NCBI RefSeq assembly: GCF_006345805.1
Contig: NC_042997.1
Span: 198,772,001-198,836,000, forward strand
DNA from: Octopus sinensis
Lineage: Eukaryota
Length of the DNA stretch: 64,000 nucleotides
Direction of reading: 5' to 3'
Below, in pieces: positions 36,919 to 48,995 of this stretch (positions are counted from its first letter, which is position 1; the number at the start of each line of letters is the position of its first letter). The notes below the pieces were generated by a model, which made no database searches, was not told the DNA's origin, and saw only the letters and a program-made list of their open reading frames with translations. The position numbers and the translations under genes were made by a program.

Positions 36919-37723
36919 ATATATATATAGATGTAAATATTAAAAAAGTTAATTTTATAAAAAATATTTTTAGTCTAGAAGAGCAGCGGTGATACTACCA
37001 CAAGGCCTCTGCGACTTGTAGCAGAAAATTACCCTCAAACAGGTGAGCTAACCCGAGTGCTCGCAACAGAATGGATTTCACTAAAGGAGCCCAAGCTACT
37101 AAGTGATGGGGTTACACGGACACCGGATTGAGTCAAGAACCCTTGAACTGGATTTGAATTGAAGGAACCGGAAGAAATATCGTAAGGCGTCCAGCTCAGC
37201 ATTTTCCCTGCAGTATACCCCTAGATTGGTACATTTTTATTTTATCGATTCCAAAACAGTCGACTTTACCTGGATTTGAACACAGGGCGTAGATAGGTGG
37301 GATCGCAGTAAAACTTCTGCAGACTAGTATCAGTTAACATTTTATAAAAATAATGTATCCTTATTTACAAGAATTCGTGTCAAACATTCAGACATTTGAT
37401 ATTGACAGATGCTAAATTTTGTCGCCTTTTTATTGGCAAAGAGTTTTGATTAATATTAATGAATATTGGTAATGTGTCAGGCCTGATGAAAAATGATTTG
37501 CTACTGGTAATTAGAGAAACCAGTAATTTCTGTTTTATTATCGGACCATCACTCTAGGGTCTTATCCTAGTGAGTGGAGTATGGATAGACTCACTGATAG
37601 TCAAAATATAAGTAATCGCCTTTTTCAAGGAAACATGAACTTAATGAAGACAATAAAGAGCGTTGTTAATTTTCTTGGTCGTCTGGTTGTTTTTCTCAAA
37701 CACACTGGCTTTGCCTTTCCTCT

Positions 37724-38139
37724 TATTTCTTTAGTGCTCACAGGGAGGCTAAACATAGAGGGCACAAACAAGGACAGACAAACGGATTAAGTCGATTACA
37801 TTGACCCCAGTGCGTAACTTGTACTTAATTTATCGACTCCGAAAGGATGAAAGGCAAATCGACCTCGGCGGAATTTGAACTCAGAACGTAATGACAGACG
37901 AAATACCTATTTCTTTACTACCTACAAGAGACTAAACAGAGAGAGGACAAACAAGGACAGACAAACGGATTAAGTCGATTATATCGACCCCAGTGCGTAA
38001 CTGGTACTTATTTAATCGACCCCGAAAGGATAAAAGGCAAAGTCGACCTCGGCGGAATTTGAACTCAGAACGTAACGACAGACGAAATACCGCTAAGAAT
38101 TTCGCCCGGTGTGCTAACGTTTCTGCCAGCTCGCCGCCT
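37724..38139 (-). mobile_element. SINE family C dimer with about 11-bp TSD
   Basis: GCCTTTCCTCT at 37713-37723 and 38136-38146. Confidence 0.85.
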
Positions 38140-39049
38140 TTCCTCTGATCCATGGAGATACAGATGAGAACAGTTCCTTGTAAAGTGTGAGGACGAGAGC
38201 GCGCGAGAGAAATGAGGCTTAATGCCTTTAAATAAATGAAATGAAAATCAGGAAAAAAGTAAACATTGATATCATTGTTTTCTTCTCTGGACATGAAAAT
38301 AAGAAAGGATTTCAAATGTAGGCTGGATTACCTTAGAAACTAGGCTGAAAAATTAGGAGTAGACGAGGGGGGCTGTAAATGCTGTTCCGCGACTTACTAG
38401 AAATAGTACCCAAATCACTCACTTGCATTTTGAGATGTTGGGTGTACAGTGCCCAGAGCAAAGCTGCGATGGTCAGTGCTGTAATGTTTTTGATTATAAA
38501 TTTAATCTAGATACATAGAGCTAAATCTGCTAAAATATTTATATCGTAAAACTTTCGCTGTAGAAGAGAAAGAATTAGCAAAATGTTAGAAAATAAATGC
38601 TATCAATTTAAATGAATGAAATCAATCAGATAAAATGCTATCCACTTTGTGTGACTAGAAGTTCTAATAATATTAATTAACTTGTAGGGACTGGTAACAA
38701 TCAAAGTAATTTTAATCCGAACGGACAGATAATTTAGGTTCATAAGAAAGAGAGTTGTCTCCCTGTAAAGGCAATACTATTGAGCGAGGGTGACTGACTC
38801 CACACACAGATTAACAAGCGAAAGACAGAGAGGGAGAGAGAATAAAATAATAGGAAACTCTTAAATGGTTTGTTCTTTATTAAAATTTTTTTGGGGAAAA
38901 ATTAGATTAATTTGTTTTCCCCCCTTTTGCATTTTGTGTGCGTATAACTTGTACATTGCTGTAAATAAGCTGATGGAGCTGAATTCATAGAAATACAGCC
39001 TCTTCTATACAAAAGAACCGGTATATTCCTCCTCATCATCGTACAGATT

Positions 39050-39365
39050 TTGTGGAGCTGGCTGAATCGTTACCACACCGGGGAAAATGCTTAGCGGTCT
39101 TTCGTCTGCCGCTACGTTCTGAGTTCAAATTCTGCCGAGGTCGACTTTGCCTTTCATCCTTTCGGGGTCGATTAAATAAGTACCATTTACGCACTGGGGT
39201 CGATATAATCGACTTAATCCGTTTGTCTGTCCTTGTTTGTCCTCTCTGTGTGTAGCCCCTTGTGGGTAGTAAAGAAATAGGTATTTCCATCTATACGTTC
39301 TGAGTTCATATTCCGCCGAGGTCGACTTTGCTTTTCATCCTTTCGGGGTCGATAAAAAAGTACTC
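39050..39365 (+). mobile_element. SINE family C, monomer plus partial second unit
   Basis: Same AAAGAAATAGGTATTT junction at about 39271. Confidence 0.8.
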
Positions 39366-40921
39366 CTTTCGAGGTCGAAGGAATAAATACCATTCAAGTA
39401 CTGAGTGTAAGTAATAGATTGACCCCTTCTCACTAAATTCAAATAAGGTCTTGTGCGTATAGTAGAAGGAATATTTTAGTCCCCTGTCACCCCTGATTGA
39501 ACAGGTACTGCAACGAGAAAACAACATTCTTCAAGCGGAAATCAACCCTTCTTTTATCTGGATACATTGTTAGAAAGGACTATATTGTCTATAGCGACCT
39601 TTCTTTTAAAGTAGGTTAATATTTGCTAAATATTTGGATGCTATTTTCAGCAAATGGAACGACAAACAGAGATACATCCGTTGGCTCATTAAATAGAATA
39701 TATTCTTTTCTACTCTAGGCACAAAACCTGAAATTTTTGAGGTGGGGGCCGATCGATGAGATCGACTCCATTACGTAACTGGTACTTAATTTATCAACCC
39801 CGAAAGGTCGAAAGGCAAAGTTCGACCTCGGTTAAATACAATATATTCTTCTCTACTTTAGGCACAAGGCTCGAAATTCTTGGGAAGTGGGCCAGTCGAT
39901 TAGATCAACCCCAGTACGCAACTGTTAATTTATCGATCCTGAAAGGATGAAAGGCAAAATCGACCTCAGTTAAACAGAATATATTACAAGTATGATGTCT
40001 AAGGGGAAGGCGCGTGGCCTAGTGCTTGTTAGAAGTGCATACTCTGTCGCAAGATCGTGGTTTCTTACTCGGGTGTACCCATTTAATTTTTTTTTTTTTT
40101 AGCAAAACACTTCATTCCTCATTACTTCATTCAAGTGTAAATGATTTATAGCTACGAAGGACTGGCTTTATCGAATGACTCAATACCACGCATCCCGACT
40201 TTTGTTAACAGTAAGTTTGTGTGTGTGTATATATATTTATACCTATCAGCCGGCTTTCCTCGATTTCAGCTCTTCGTGTTTTTTTCTGTAGCGAGTAAAT
40301 AATGTGGAAATTGACGATTTAAAAGTCTGTTATCAGCATATTGGCATAGAAATAATTTTCTTTAGCCCTTATTTATAAGTTATAATTTTTACCTTAAAGG
40401 TATTTTAATATGCTGCCACATTTTTGATGGAATTTTTTTCTGTAAATAAACTTCATCCTATATTAGTATATATATATATATATATATATATACACGCATA
40501 TACACATACATACGTTAGACCTCTTTCACTGTTTTACTAAATATTAGTTCACGCACGTGTCCCCTTGAATTACAGATAAAACTAATTTTTGCCAACTGAC
40601 ACTACGTGAAATAATGTCTTACTTAGGTACACAACGCGCCGTTCTGTGGGGAGTGTTGTAAACTATGTTAAGCTCCGGTCTGATAAGCCCTTGGCTTCAT
40701 GACAGAGCTAAGTATAGGGTTTGATTCGGGTAATTTTGCTCACAATAAAATGCATCACAATCAATAAATACAAGATTGACGCCTTATTTTCACCCAACGA
40801 ACTTCTGTACTGCATGGTCTGAATACACGCTCCAAATTCATTTTATTCTGCATTTCACATCCAATCTGAACCCCTGATTCATTTCCTCCACTCCCCATCG
40901 TTCAAATAGTACAGTACTCAC

Positions 40922-41600
40922 TGTTCCTCCACATAACTCCTTTAGTATATTCTTTTCATTCGTATAGCGATCAAGGTGTTAACACATGTATTTTTTCTCC
41001 TCCTCCTCCTCCTCCTTGTTCTTCTTTCGGAAGAAAGTATGTCTTTCATTCTCCACTGCAAATCAGCTTAACGAACTATTCCAACAAACCCTCATATACA
41101 TTCTTATTTATCATGGGATTCTTCTTTACACCCACTATATTCTGGCAGTTCCAGATTTTTCCACATACATACATACATACACACACATGCTTGCATACAT
41201 CCACGCATGCTTACATACATGCATACATACATATATACATGCCTGCATACCTACATAATTCATACATACATACACAAAGAGAAACAAACACAAACACACA
41301 AACACACACACATACAGAGAGAGAGAGAGAGAGAAACAGACACTTACAAATACTCAGTGAAGTATTTTTGATAAGGATCCAGAGAAAAATCGATGGGTTT
41401 TATGATGTAGCACAGACTCGAATATTATAATATCCTGTGTGTGTGTGTGTGTGAGTGTGGGCGCGCGCGTAGTGCGTGGGTGTGATTGTTTTGTCAGTTG
41501 GCAGCGGCATTGACAAAGCCATTGGAATGGCCATCTGAGCCAGTTAAGATTAAAATCGCTGAACGTTTAATTTGTATGTGTATGATGTGTGATTTTATGG
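40922..41600 (-). promoter_or_regulatory. Candidate promoter and first exon (ATG TGG AGG AAC A|GTGAGT)
   Basis: CpG-rich patch at 41460-41620, UTR-like purine/pyrimidine tracts, and an ACA|GTGAGT donor at 40921. Confidence 0.25.
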
Positions 41601-41787
41601 TTACATGCAAATATAAAATAACGAAAGCGCCTGGTTTATTGGTTAGGATATTTGGCTCACAATTCTAAGGTCGTTTGTTCGACACCCGGCGGCGTGTTGT
41701 GTACTTAAGTAAGACATTATTTCACGTAATGTCAGTTGGCAAAAATGAGTTGTATCTGTAATTCAAGGGGGCACGTGCGTGAACTAA

Positions 41788-42182
41788 TCTTTATATATAA
41801 AAGTGAGGTTATGTGCTATCTGTCTCCTACGATTTAGATTCCTAACTACTCCCACATTTTGCGGTGCAGTTTAACCAAAACCGGGTATCTTATAGTCGTG
41901 ATTCATATCGAGCCCTTCTGGGTATTAGCGCGCGTCTACGATGAGTCTACGACTTTTAAAAAAAATTACCATCAATTTTTCCCATTTTTAATGCATTTTT
42001 GGCATATATAAGGGAAGTAACTCTAAATATTTATTATTAAATCTCAGAACGTAAAAAGCTACAGTAACCCCCCCCCCTTTGTGGTTAGCCATATTGAGAT
42101 GGCTATTATACTTTACATCTCTAAAAATGCTTATATAGTTATTTCCCTTACAAACCCGAGCAACGCCGGACGATACTGCTAG
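41788..42182 (+). mobile_element. Non-autonomous Helitron
   Basis: A|TC 5' end, subterminal hairpin CCGAGCAACGCCGG, CTAG|T 3' end, no TSD. The empty site is visible at 40535-40554. Confidence 0.92.
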
Positions 42183-42215
42183 TATTTAGTAAAACAGTGA
42201 AAGAAGTCTAACGTA

Positions 42216-42247
<32 letters not shown>

Positions 42248-42798
42248 CATATATACATACATACTACCAATGTAGGATGAAGTTTTTTTTATAGAAAAAA
42301 TTCCATCAAAAAATGTGGCAGCATATTAAAATACCTTTACGGTTAAAATTATAAACAACTTATAAATAAGGGCTAAAGAAAATTATTTCTATGCCAATAT
42401 TCTGATAACAGACTTTTAAATCGTCAATTCCCACATATTATTTACTCGCTACAGAAAAAAACACGAAGAGCTGAAATCGAGGAAAGCCGGCCGATAGGTA
42501 TAAATATATATATATATACACACACACAAACTTACTGTTAACAAAAGTCGGGATGCGTGGTGTTGAGTCATTCGATAAATACAAAACGTACACGTAGGAC
42601 AGGCACAAGGACCATAATTCTTCATCAGTTATCGACCAAAAATACTAATACCCAGTTTCGTGCCTTTAACGATAAGACTGGGAACTTCGTATATCGGCGG
42701 CACCCGCAAGAGCTACGTAGAATTAGGGCTTGAGTAAATAAAACAATACAGGGTGGACGTACGAAAGTAGACAAATGTAAATTGAAACGATAGCCGAG

Positions 42799-42821
<23 letters not shown>

Positions 42822-42829
<8 letters not shown>

Positions 42830-42932
42830 TTATAATAAATAAGGGTTTTTTGCAACAAGTTGCTTAAACCACATACCGAAAATATGGTTTAAGCAACTTG
42901 TTGCAAAAAACCCTTATTTATTATAAATATAT
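42822..42932. repeat. Near-perfect hairpin next to (TA)n
   Basis: About 45-50-bp arms TTATAATAAATAAGGG...TTAAACCA and its reverse complement. Confidence 0.92.
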
Positions 42933-43070
42933 AAATTTTTACCGAATATGGTCATTTTCCATACCAAAATACTGCTAGGTGACATTTGTTGATTTTATTA
43001 AATTAATTATATTTCGTCCTTTATCTGTATGTATGTATGTATATATATATATATATATAATATATATATA

Positions 43071-43590
43071 GGCTGCGGCAGAGAAGACAGGCGTTTTTGA
43101 AATGGCTATTACACAGCCCCAGGAGGAGGGACATATGTCCGACAGGTACCATCCGGTCCGTGGTGTCTTAGCATGGTTTCTTTTACAATTGAAACCATGG
43201 CTCTGTGTACGATAGAGCATTGCGTGTTTACCTACGACAATTACGTGAAGAATAACGAGTCTGTCACAGCAGTTCAGCGTGAGTTTCGGCGCCACTTCAA
43301 CATTCACAGAAATCAGGCTGTTCCCACCCATAACACAATCTTACGTTGGGTGAATCCACTTTGTACACGGTGGGGGCGCAACGAACGGTACAGCTGGAGA
43401 GAGTGGAGGCCAACTTCCAAGAACGCCTTTAGAAATGCGTCAATGAAAACGGACACCACATGATAGATGTTGTCCACACTCGATTTTGACAAATTCTAAA
43501 TACGAACACACTAAAGTCAATAAAGTTTGTTTGCAGCAAAAATTAATGAATTTTCCCCAAAAGACGCCCGTCCTCTCTTCCCCATCTTGT
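43071..43590 (+). mobile_element. Internally deleted Tc1/mariner-superfamily element (N-terminal HTH fused to C-terminus)
   Basis: YVKNNESVTAVQREFRRHFNIHRNQAVPTHNTILRWV, then CVNENGHHMIDVV. Degenerate TIRs of about 30 bp (AGAGAAGACAGGCGTTTTTG and CAAAAGACGCCCGTCCTCTCT). Confidence 0.8.
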
Positions 43591-43598
43591 GTATGCAA

Positions 43599-43649
<51 letters not shown>

Positions 43650-43684
43650 ATATTAGTGTGTGTGTGTATGTATTGCTGCTGCTG

Positions 43685-43990
43685 GAGACCTCTTCGGCAT
43701 GACTGACCATGGACTGCACCTAGAAAGTCACCCTCCGAGGCACAAGTCCAGGCAAGGTTGTTTATGGAAGACCAGCAGTCGCCCATGCATACCAGCCTAC
43801 CCTCTCCACGCCACCGATGTTATCCAAGGGAAAGGCCGATACAGCTTGGCAGCAGTGACGTCGCAACTCATTTCTACAACTGAGAGAACTGGAGCAATGT
43901 AAAATAAAGTATCTTGCTCAAGGACACAACACGCAGCCCGGTCCGGGATTCGAACTCACAACCTCACGATCGTAAGCTCGATGCTCTAAC
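43685..43990 (-). mobile_element. SINE family D
   Basis: Homologous to 28132-28468. Confidence 0.85.
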
Positions 43991-44116
43991 AACTGTGTTT
44001 GTTCCCCACCACTGCTTGACAACTTAAAGTACTGTGTTTGATTTTCACGACTAAAAGTTCAAGCCAGTGGCCTAGCATGGGCGTAGTTAGATTTCTAAAA
44101 CAAGCAAAAGAAAATG

Positions 44117-44158
<42 letters not shown>

Positions 44159-44901
44159 CGAAGAGCAAAAAGATGGGGTAAGTTGGTTTACCAATGTTAT
44201 TCGTGTAATTTTGACGCTGAAAGGAAGAGGGGAAGGTTACTGCTTAAACGTTTGGACCTTGCCTTTCTTCAGAGAGTGCGGAAAAGGAGAAAAACTAGAA
44301 GAAACTGAAAAACGGACGAAAGAATTTCTCTGGTTGTGGAGAAGTGGGGAGAAAAAAGTTTCAACGAGAAGAACCATGAGTTGGCCTTCGCGCACCCTTA
44401 CGCGAACATGTGTTTATATATATGGTTTGTGTATATATATTATATATCAACAGTACTATTCCACTGATACAAAAACAGCCATACTAACAAGCCAACATGC
44501 CTCCATCATCAGCTACGAGACGGATATGATTATGGTTTCGACACCTGGGCAGTACCATACACTCCGGCGGTGTCAACAGCACTAAAATAAGTGTTGTTTG
44601 GGAAACCACAACTTCCAAACACATTTACTCTACGTACGAACGTATAAGTAAATAAATTCAACGAGTAAATTACAACCAACTACGAAATACGTAACTAAAC
44701 AGCGACCAATCCATTAAGTCATACAAAAATTATAATCCCTACCGTCTTACATGGTATAGAAAAGTGAAAGCTTAATCTCTACGTTCATTTAGTCAATCAA
44801 TTTATAGGCAGTATTAAACGCTAACTTTTATAAAACTACAATAAAGAAACATATAAACCAATGTACATTGTATCGGTATTAATAGTAAACTGTAATATCT
44901 A

Positions 44902-45019
44902 ATTTCTTATTTTTATTTTCCTAAAATTTTCGTTGCGTCTTGTAACCTTTTCAATAGTCTTGACTCTGTCCGAGGTTGCAAGACGCAACGAAAATTTTAG
45001 GGAAATAAAAATAAGAAAT
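44902..45019. repeat. Inverted repeat with 47-bp arms and 24-nt loop
   Basis: ATTTCTTATTTTTATTTTCCTAAAATTTTCGTTGCGTCTTGTAACCT and its near-exact reverse complement. Confidence 0.92.
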
Positions 45020-45198
45020 AAGTGGAAATTTTACCGGTGTGTGTGTTAAATTATAAGGCACAACAAAAAGAAAATGACTTTCCCCAGACACAACAGAATA
45101 TGCTTCAACTCACGAACTTGCAAATCAAATCCAAAAACGAAATGTAATAACTAAATGATATGCTGAGTCGCGACCAATCTTTAAGTCTATACAAATAA

Positions 45199-45343
45199 TA
45201 TTAGGTTGTCCCAAAAGTTCGTAAACACTTGTGAAAATTGAATTTTTACTCGCCAAGTACTAACAAAAACAACAAAAATTATTCCTCAAAATAAAGGCCA
45301 TTATTTTCCAAAACTTTCTACGAACTTTTGGGACAACCTTATA
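45199..45343. mobile_element. Mariner-type MITE
   Basis: TIR AGGTTGTCCCAAAAGTTCGTA and TACGAACTTTTGGGACAACCT, with TA-rich flanks. Confidence 0.88.
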
Positions 45344-45621
45344 AAGTTAAAACTTTATATAAATCTCTCCAAAAACAAAACAAATACGACTGAAATTAGT
45401 TTAAATAATAGTATAATGATTATGAGTGAAATACATTATTTCATCATTCAAAAGTTAATAAAAGGAGCACTACACGCTATAATATTAATTACAGTAACTA
45501 ATAAACTTTAATTTTATCAAATAGGAACTAATAAAAGTACTTGTAATTAACTATTATCAAAAAAACCTTGCTGTGTTTAAAGCTAATTAAAACTATTTAA
45601 ACTGCAAGTATTAACACTTAC

Positions 45622-45646
45622 CTGTTTCATCTGCACGTGGTTCCAT
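45622..45646 (-). CDS. Candidate micro first exon (MEPRADET + 1 nt, phase 1)
   Basis: ggtgATGG context and a consensus CAG|GTAAGT donor at 45621. Confidence 0.25.
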
Positions 45647-45759
45647 CACCAAGAATTAAAAGGACCAACTTAAATATTGATGACGTAGTGCGTAATTACG
45701 ACTTACTCAATTGTCTTAAACAATACCGGTGACGTAGTAAGCAAATAACTCGAATCGTA

Positions 45760-45859
45760 NNNNNNNNNNNNNNNNNNNNNNNNNNNNNNNNNNNNNNNNN
45801 NNNNNNNNNNNNNNNNNNNNNNNNNNNNNNNNNNNNNNNNNNNNNNNNNNNNNNNNNNN
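45760..45859. other. Assembly gap (100 N)
   Basis: Run of N. Confidence 1.
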
Positions 45860-47242
45860 ATACGGCATTCGCAACGAGAAATATGCCAACATAAACGAAC
45901 TATTACATTTGGTGGTGGGGTTAGAAAAGAAAACCCGAGTACAAATCCATCTTCCGTCAACTTTGCAGAAGGTTTCTGTCTTTATTTGTGGTAAATATAC
46001 TTTTGTGAGCACTTTTAGAAACTGCATTTTAAATACAATCATTGATTTATTTATTTTCATATCTCGTCTTGACAATTCACTTGGCTTCCAGTTAACAATA
46101 AAATAACTTACCGCTAGCACCATTGACACGTCCATATATAATAGCCTTATGTTGGGTCTTAACTCCGTTTTAAATATTAATCTTATACGGCTGTTCTGTT
46201 TTTATATATAATGTTTATCTGTATATATTTATATTTTTTTGTCTTTTTCTTTGTGTGCAAAGAAGAAATCGTTTGGCGTTGATACGAGCCATGCTTGGAA
46301 ATATCTTTTTGCTTTTACATCGGATCCCCAAATACCATGGACGTTTATAATACATCAATTATTCGTGGTAATGATCAATTTTACAGGGAATTGCTTTCGC
46401 AGTCATCCTTCAACAGCTTTCATTCTCTACAATTTGGTTTATCGTTTTTTTTAGTCTTTGCTATAGAATGTTTTTCAGAGCAGTCAAATGGCGTTCTATC
46501 AGGCTAAATACCTCCGAGGTTTTCTCTCCAGTTAAACGTCCCCAGTATTTTCTTTAAATATCCCGGGATTCTTTATCATTATTATTATTAGTTAATTTCT
46601 TCCTTTGGCCATTTTTTGCAGTAGCTTGCTGAGTCGGTCACATCCTATGACTTAGGGTTGGAGAAACGAAGTGATTAAATACCTTCAACAATCTGTATAT
46701 AAGCTACCATTTTCATTGTATACCCAACATCACTAGACAGCATAAAAAACACTATTCTTTTAAGAAAATGCTTGAACGGCAACCACGACAGTGTCCGAGT
46801 TCGTTTTCACCGACGTAAAACCGACTCGACTTGTATTATGTGAAAATCTTTGATTTAACCTTTCGATAAAAATAGATCAATAAAATAGCACCAGGCTAAA
46901 ATAGAGTACTGGAATCAATGTGAACGAATAAAACCCTGGAAGGCTTGGTATGTTCGTGTAATGTCAAATAATGGGTTTTAGAGTATATGTGGATTAAGTG
47001 TAAATACAAAAGTAGCGCAAACACAGAGAAGAAAGTGCTATCAAATATTGATTTATATGTACGGTTATTATTTTAATTAGGGAAACAAACAATTAAGGTA
47101 CGCAATTAATTTACAGGTTCTCCAGAATTCAAAGTTAAATTGGGAGGGCTTCTCGTAGTGAGTGCACAGGACAAGATGGTACCTTTTTTTAAATTTCTTG
47201 AAAAGATGTTTCTTTCGAGATGTTGCTTATATATTTCTCACA

Positions 47243-47467
47243 TCTCTTTACTCTCTTTTACTCTTTTACTTGTTTCAGTCATTTGACTGCGGCCATGCTG
47301 GAGCACCGCCTTTAGTCGAGCAACTCGACCCCGGGACTTATTCTTTGTAAGCCCAGTACTTATTCTATCGGTCTCTTTTGCGGAACCGCTAAGTGACGGG
47401 GACGTAAACACACCAGCATCGGTTGTCAAGCAATGCTAGGGGGACAAACACACATACACACACACAT

Positions 47468-47498
<31 letters not shown>

Positions 47499-47677
47499 TA
47501 TATATATAATATATAAGACAGGGTCTTTCAGTTTCCGTATACCAAATCCACTCACAAGGCATTGGTCGGCCCGGGGCTATAGCAGAAGACACTTGCCCAA
47601 GATGCCACGCAGTGGGACTGAACCCGGAACCATGTGGCTGGTTAGCAAGCTACTTACCACACAGCCACTCCTGCGCC
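47243..47677 (-). mobile_element. SINE family A, full length
   Basis: Head, core, internal (TA)n and tail. Confidence 0.92.
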
Positions 47678-47679
47678 TA

Positions 47680-48995
47680 TATCATCCTTGTTTTATTTTT
47701 TATTATGCCTAACACCCCTACAATAACTAGAAATGGTTTCATTTTATGGCACCACATTTTTCTCATCTCTATCTCTAATCTGTGTATTAACTTAATGATT
47801 TTCAAATACTTATGTAAATGTAATTTTATCTGATTGTATAATTGCACATAAATTAATTTGTACCTCTTATCTTTGTTGTTCACCATCATGATGATATCTG
47901 GTCTAGTTCTTTGATTTTTCCCGGTCTGTGTTGACCTAAGAACTATTACATTATCTCATTCCAAGACTGGTTCTGTGTAATGTTGATAGTAACTGTTTTT
48001 ATTTAGTAATGAATAAATATTCTTTAGTGTAAGTTGGTCTACTCTATCATGGGGATTCTTATATTCATTTGGAGTCAGCACCAAGCAGCCTGAGATGAGG
48101 TAATCTTTACATTTTGAATCTGCTCCATTTTTTGATATATGGACTTGGTAGGTTCTGGTAGACAAGTTTGGTCTTGTGCTGCCAATATGAATACTTTTTT
48201 TTGGTTTCAATCCTAAACTCCTCGACCATCACTGATGGCTGGTTTTCTGGTCTACACCAGCCTCTTTGCTTCGGTGTTCAGGTTTCTGCTTCCATCGATC
48301 TTCTGTTTTTGACTTTGTTTTTTTGTTTTTTTTAGCAGCTACTTGATATCTTTAGCTTGCTAGTTGTTTTTTCTTGTTGATCATTCTCTGTCAGATTTTC
48401 ATTGTGGTGAATTCTCTACTTTACAGCTGAGTGAAGCTATTTTATTAATTTTGTGTTGTAGAACTTGTTGCATCAGCTAATCAGCTGTGGTTTCTAGGTA
48501 TCTAAATATTCCTATTGTTGTGGTTTTATATGACTGTTCCGATTGTATCATTACTCTCTTCTCCTTGATTCTCTGCAGATACAATCAGAATTTGCCTTGA
48601 GGCGGTGCATTTTGTTGTACATCAGTATCTTAGAGATTCTTTTATCCATTTTATTTCATTACATTCTAACTGATGATACTGAATTTATAAGTTACAGCTG
48701 GGATTGCCGGGGTGTTTAGGGCCGTTAGTTGAATTTTTTTTAATTTTGCGCTCAATCTTTATAAAGGCTTTTATACTCTTGATGCACTCTTTTTACATAT
48801 ATCCTTTCATGTTTCATTCCACCTCTTTCATTAATCCTTATATACTTATACGCTCCTTCTTACTTTTATTCCTTGATCTCTGAGTCTGTATCAAACTTAA
48901 TTAATTCACTTCTAGTTATCTTCTTTTAACTGTAGCTTTTGCACATTTATTTCTCTTTCAAACTCCATACTTGCGCTGTCAGTGAATTCTTGGCT
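47680..48995 (-). pseudogene. Decayed R4/Dong-clade non-LTR retroelement (3' RT, zinc knuckle, restriction-like endonuclease)
   Basis: Collinear fragments: GLKP..., YLISGCLVLTPNEYKNPHDRV, LEIEMRKMW..., VIVGVLGIIK. Confidence 0.8.

Larger units (their letters stand above)
40168..42579. repeat. Long inverted duplication (arms 40168-40640 and 41688-42579) around a spacer of about 1 kb
   Basis: Continuous reverse-complement identity across unique sequence, microsatellite and a SINE fragment once the Helitron is removed from the right arm. Confidence 0.92.

Noticed and set aside
42650-42715. GUGCC...GGCAC-GAAAC stem on the minus strand
   Set aside because: The CUGANGA box is decayed (CUUGCGG) and there is no stem I; at most a dead remnant.
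44530-44585. CUGUU-GACACC...GGUGUC-GAAAC on the minus strand
   Set aside because: The core is two nucleotides short and helix III and stem I do not close; a remnant only.
46112-46135. MDVSMVLA|GTAAGT candidate exon (similar cases at about 52330 and 27430)
   Set aside because: Phase 0 or 2 with no other support; recorded as counter-evidence to the phase-1 first-exon idea.
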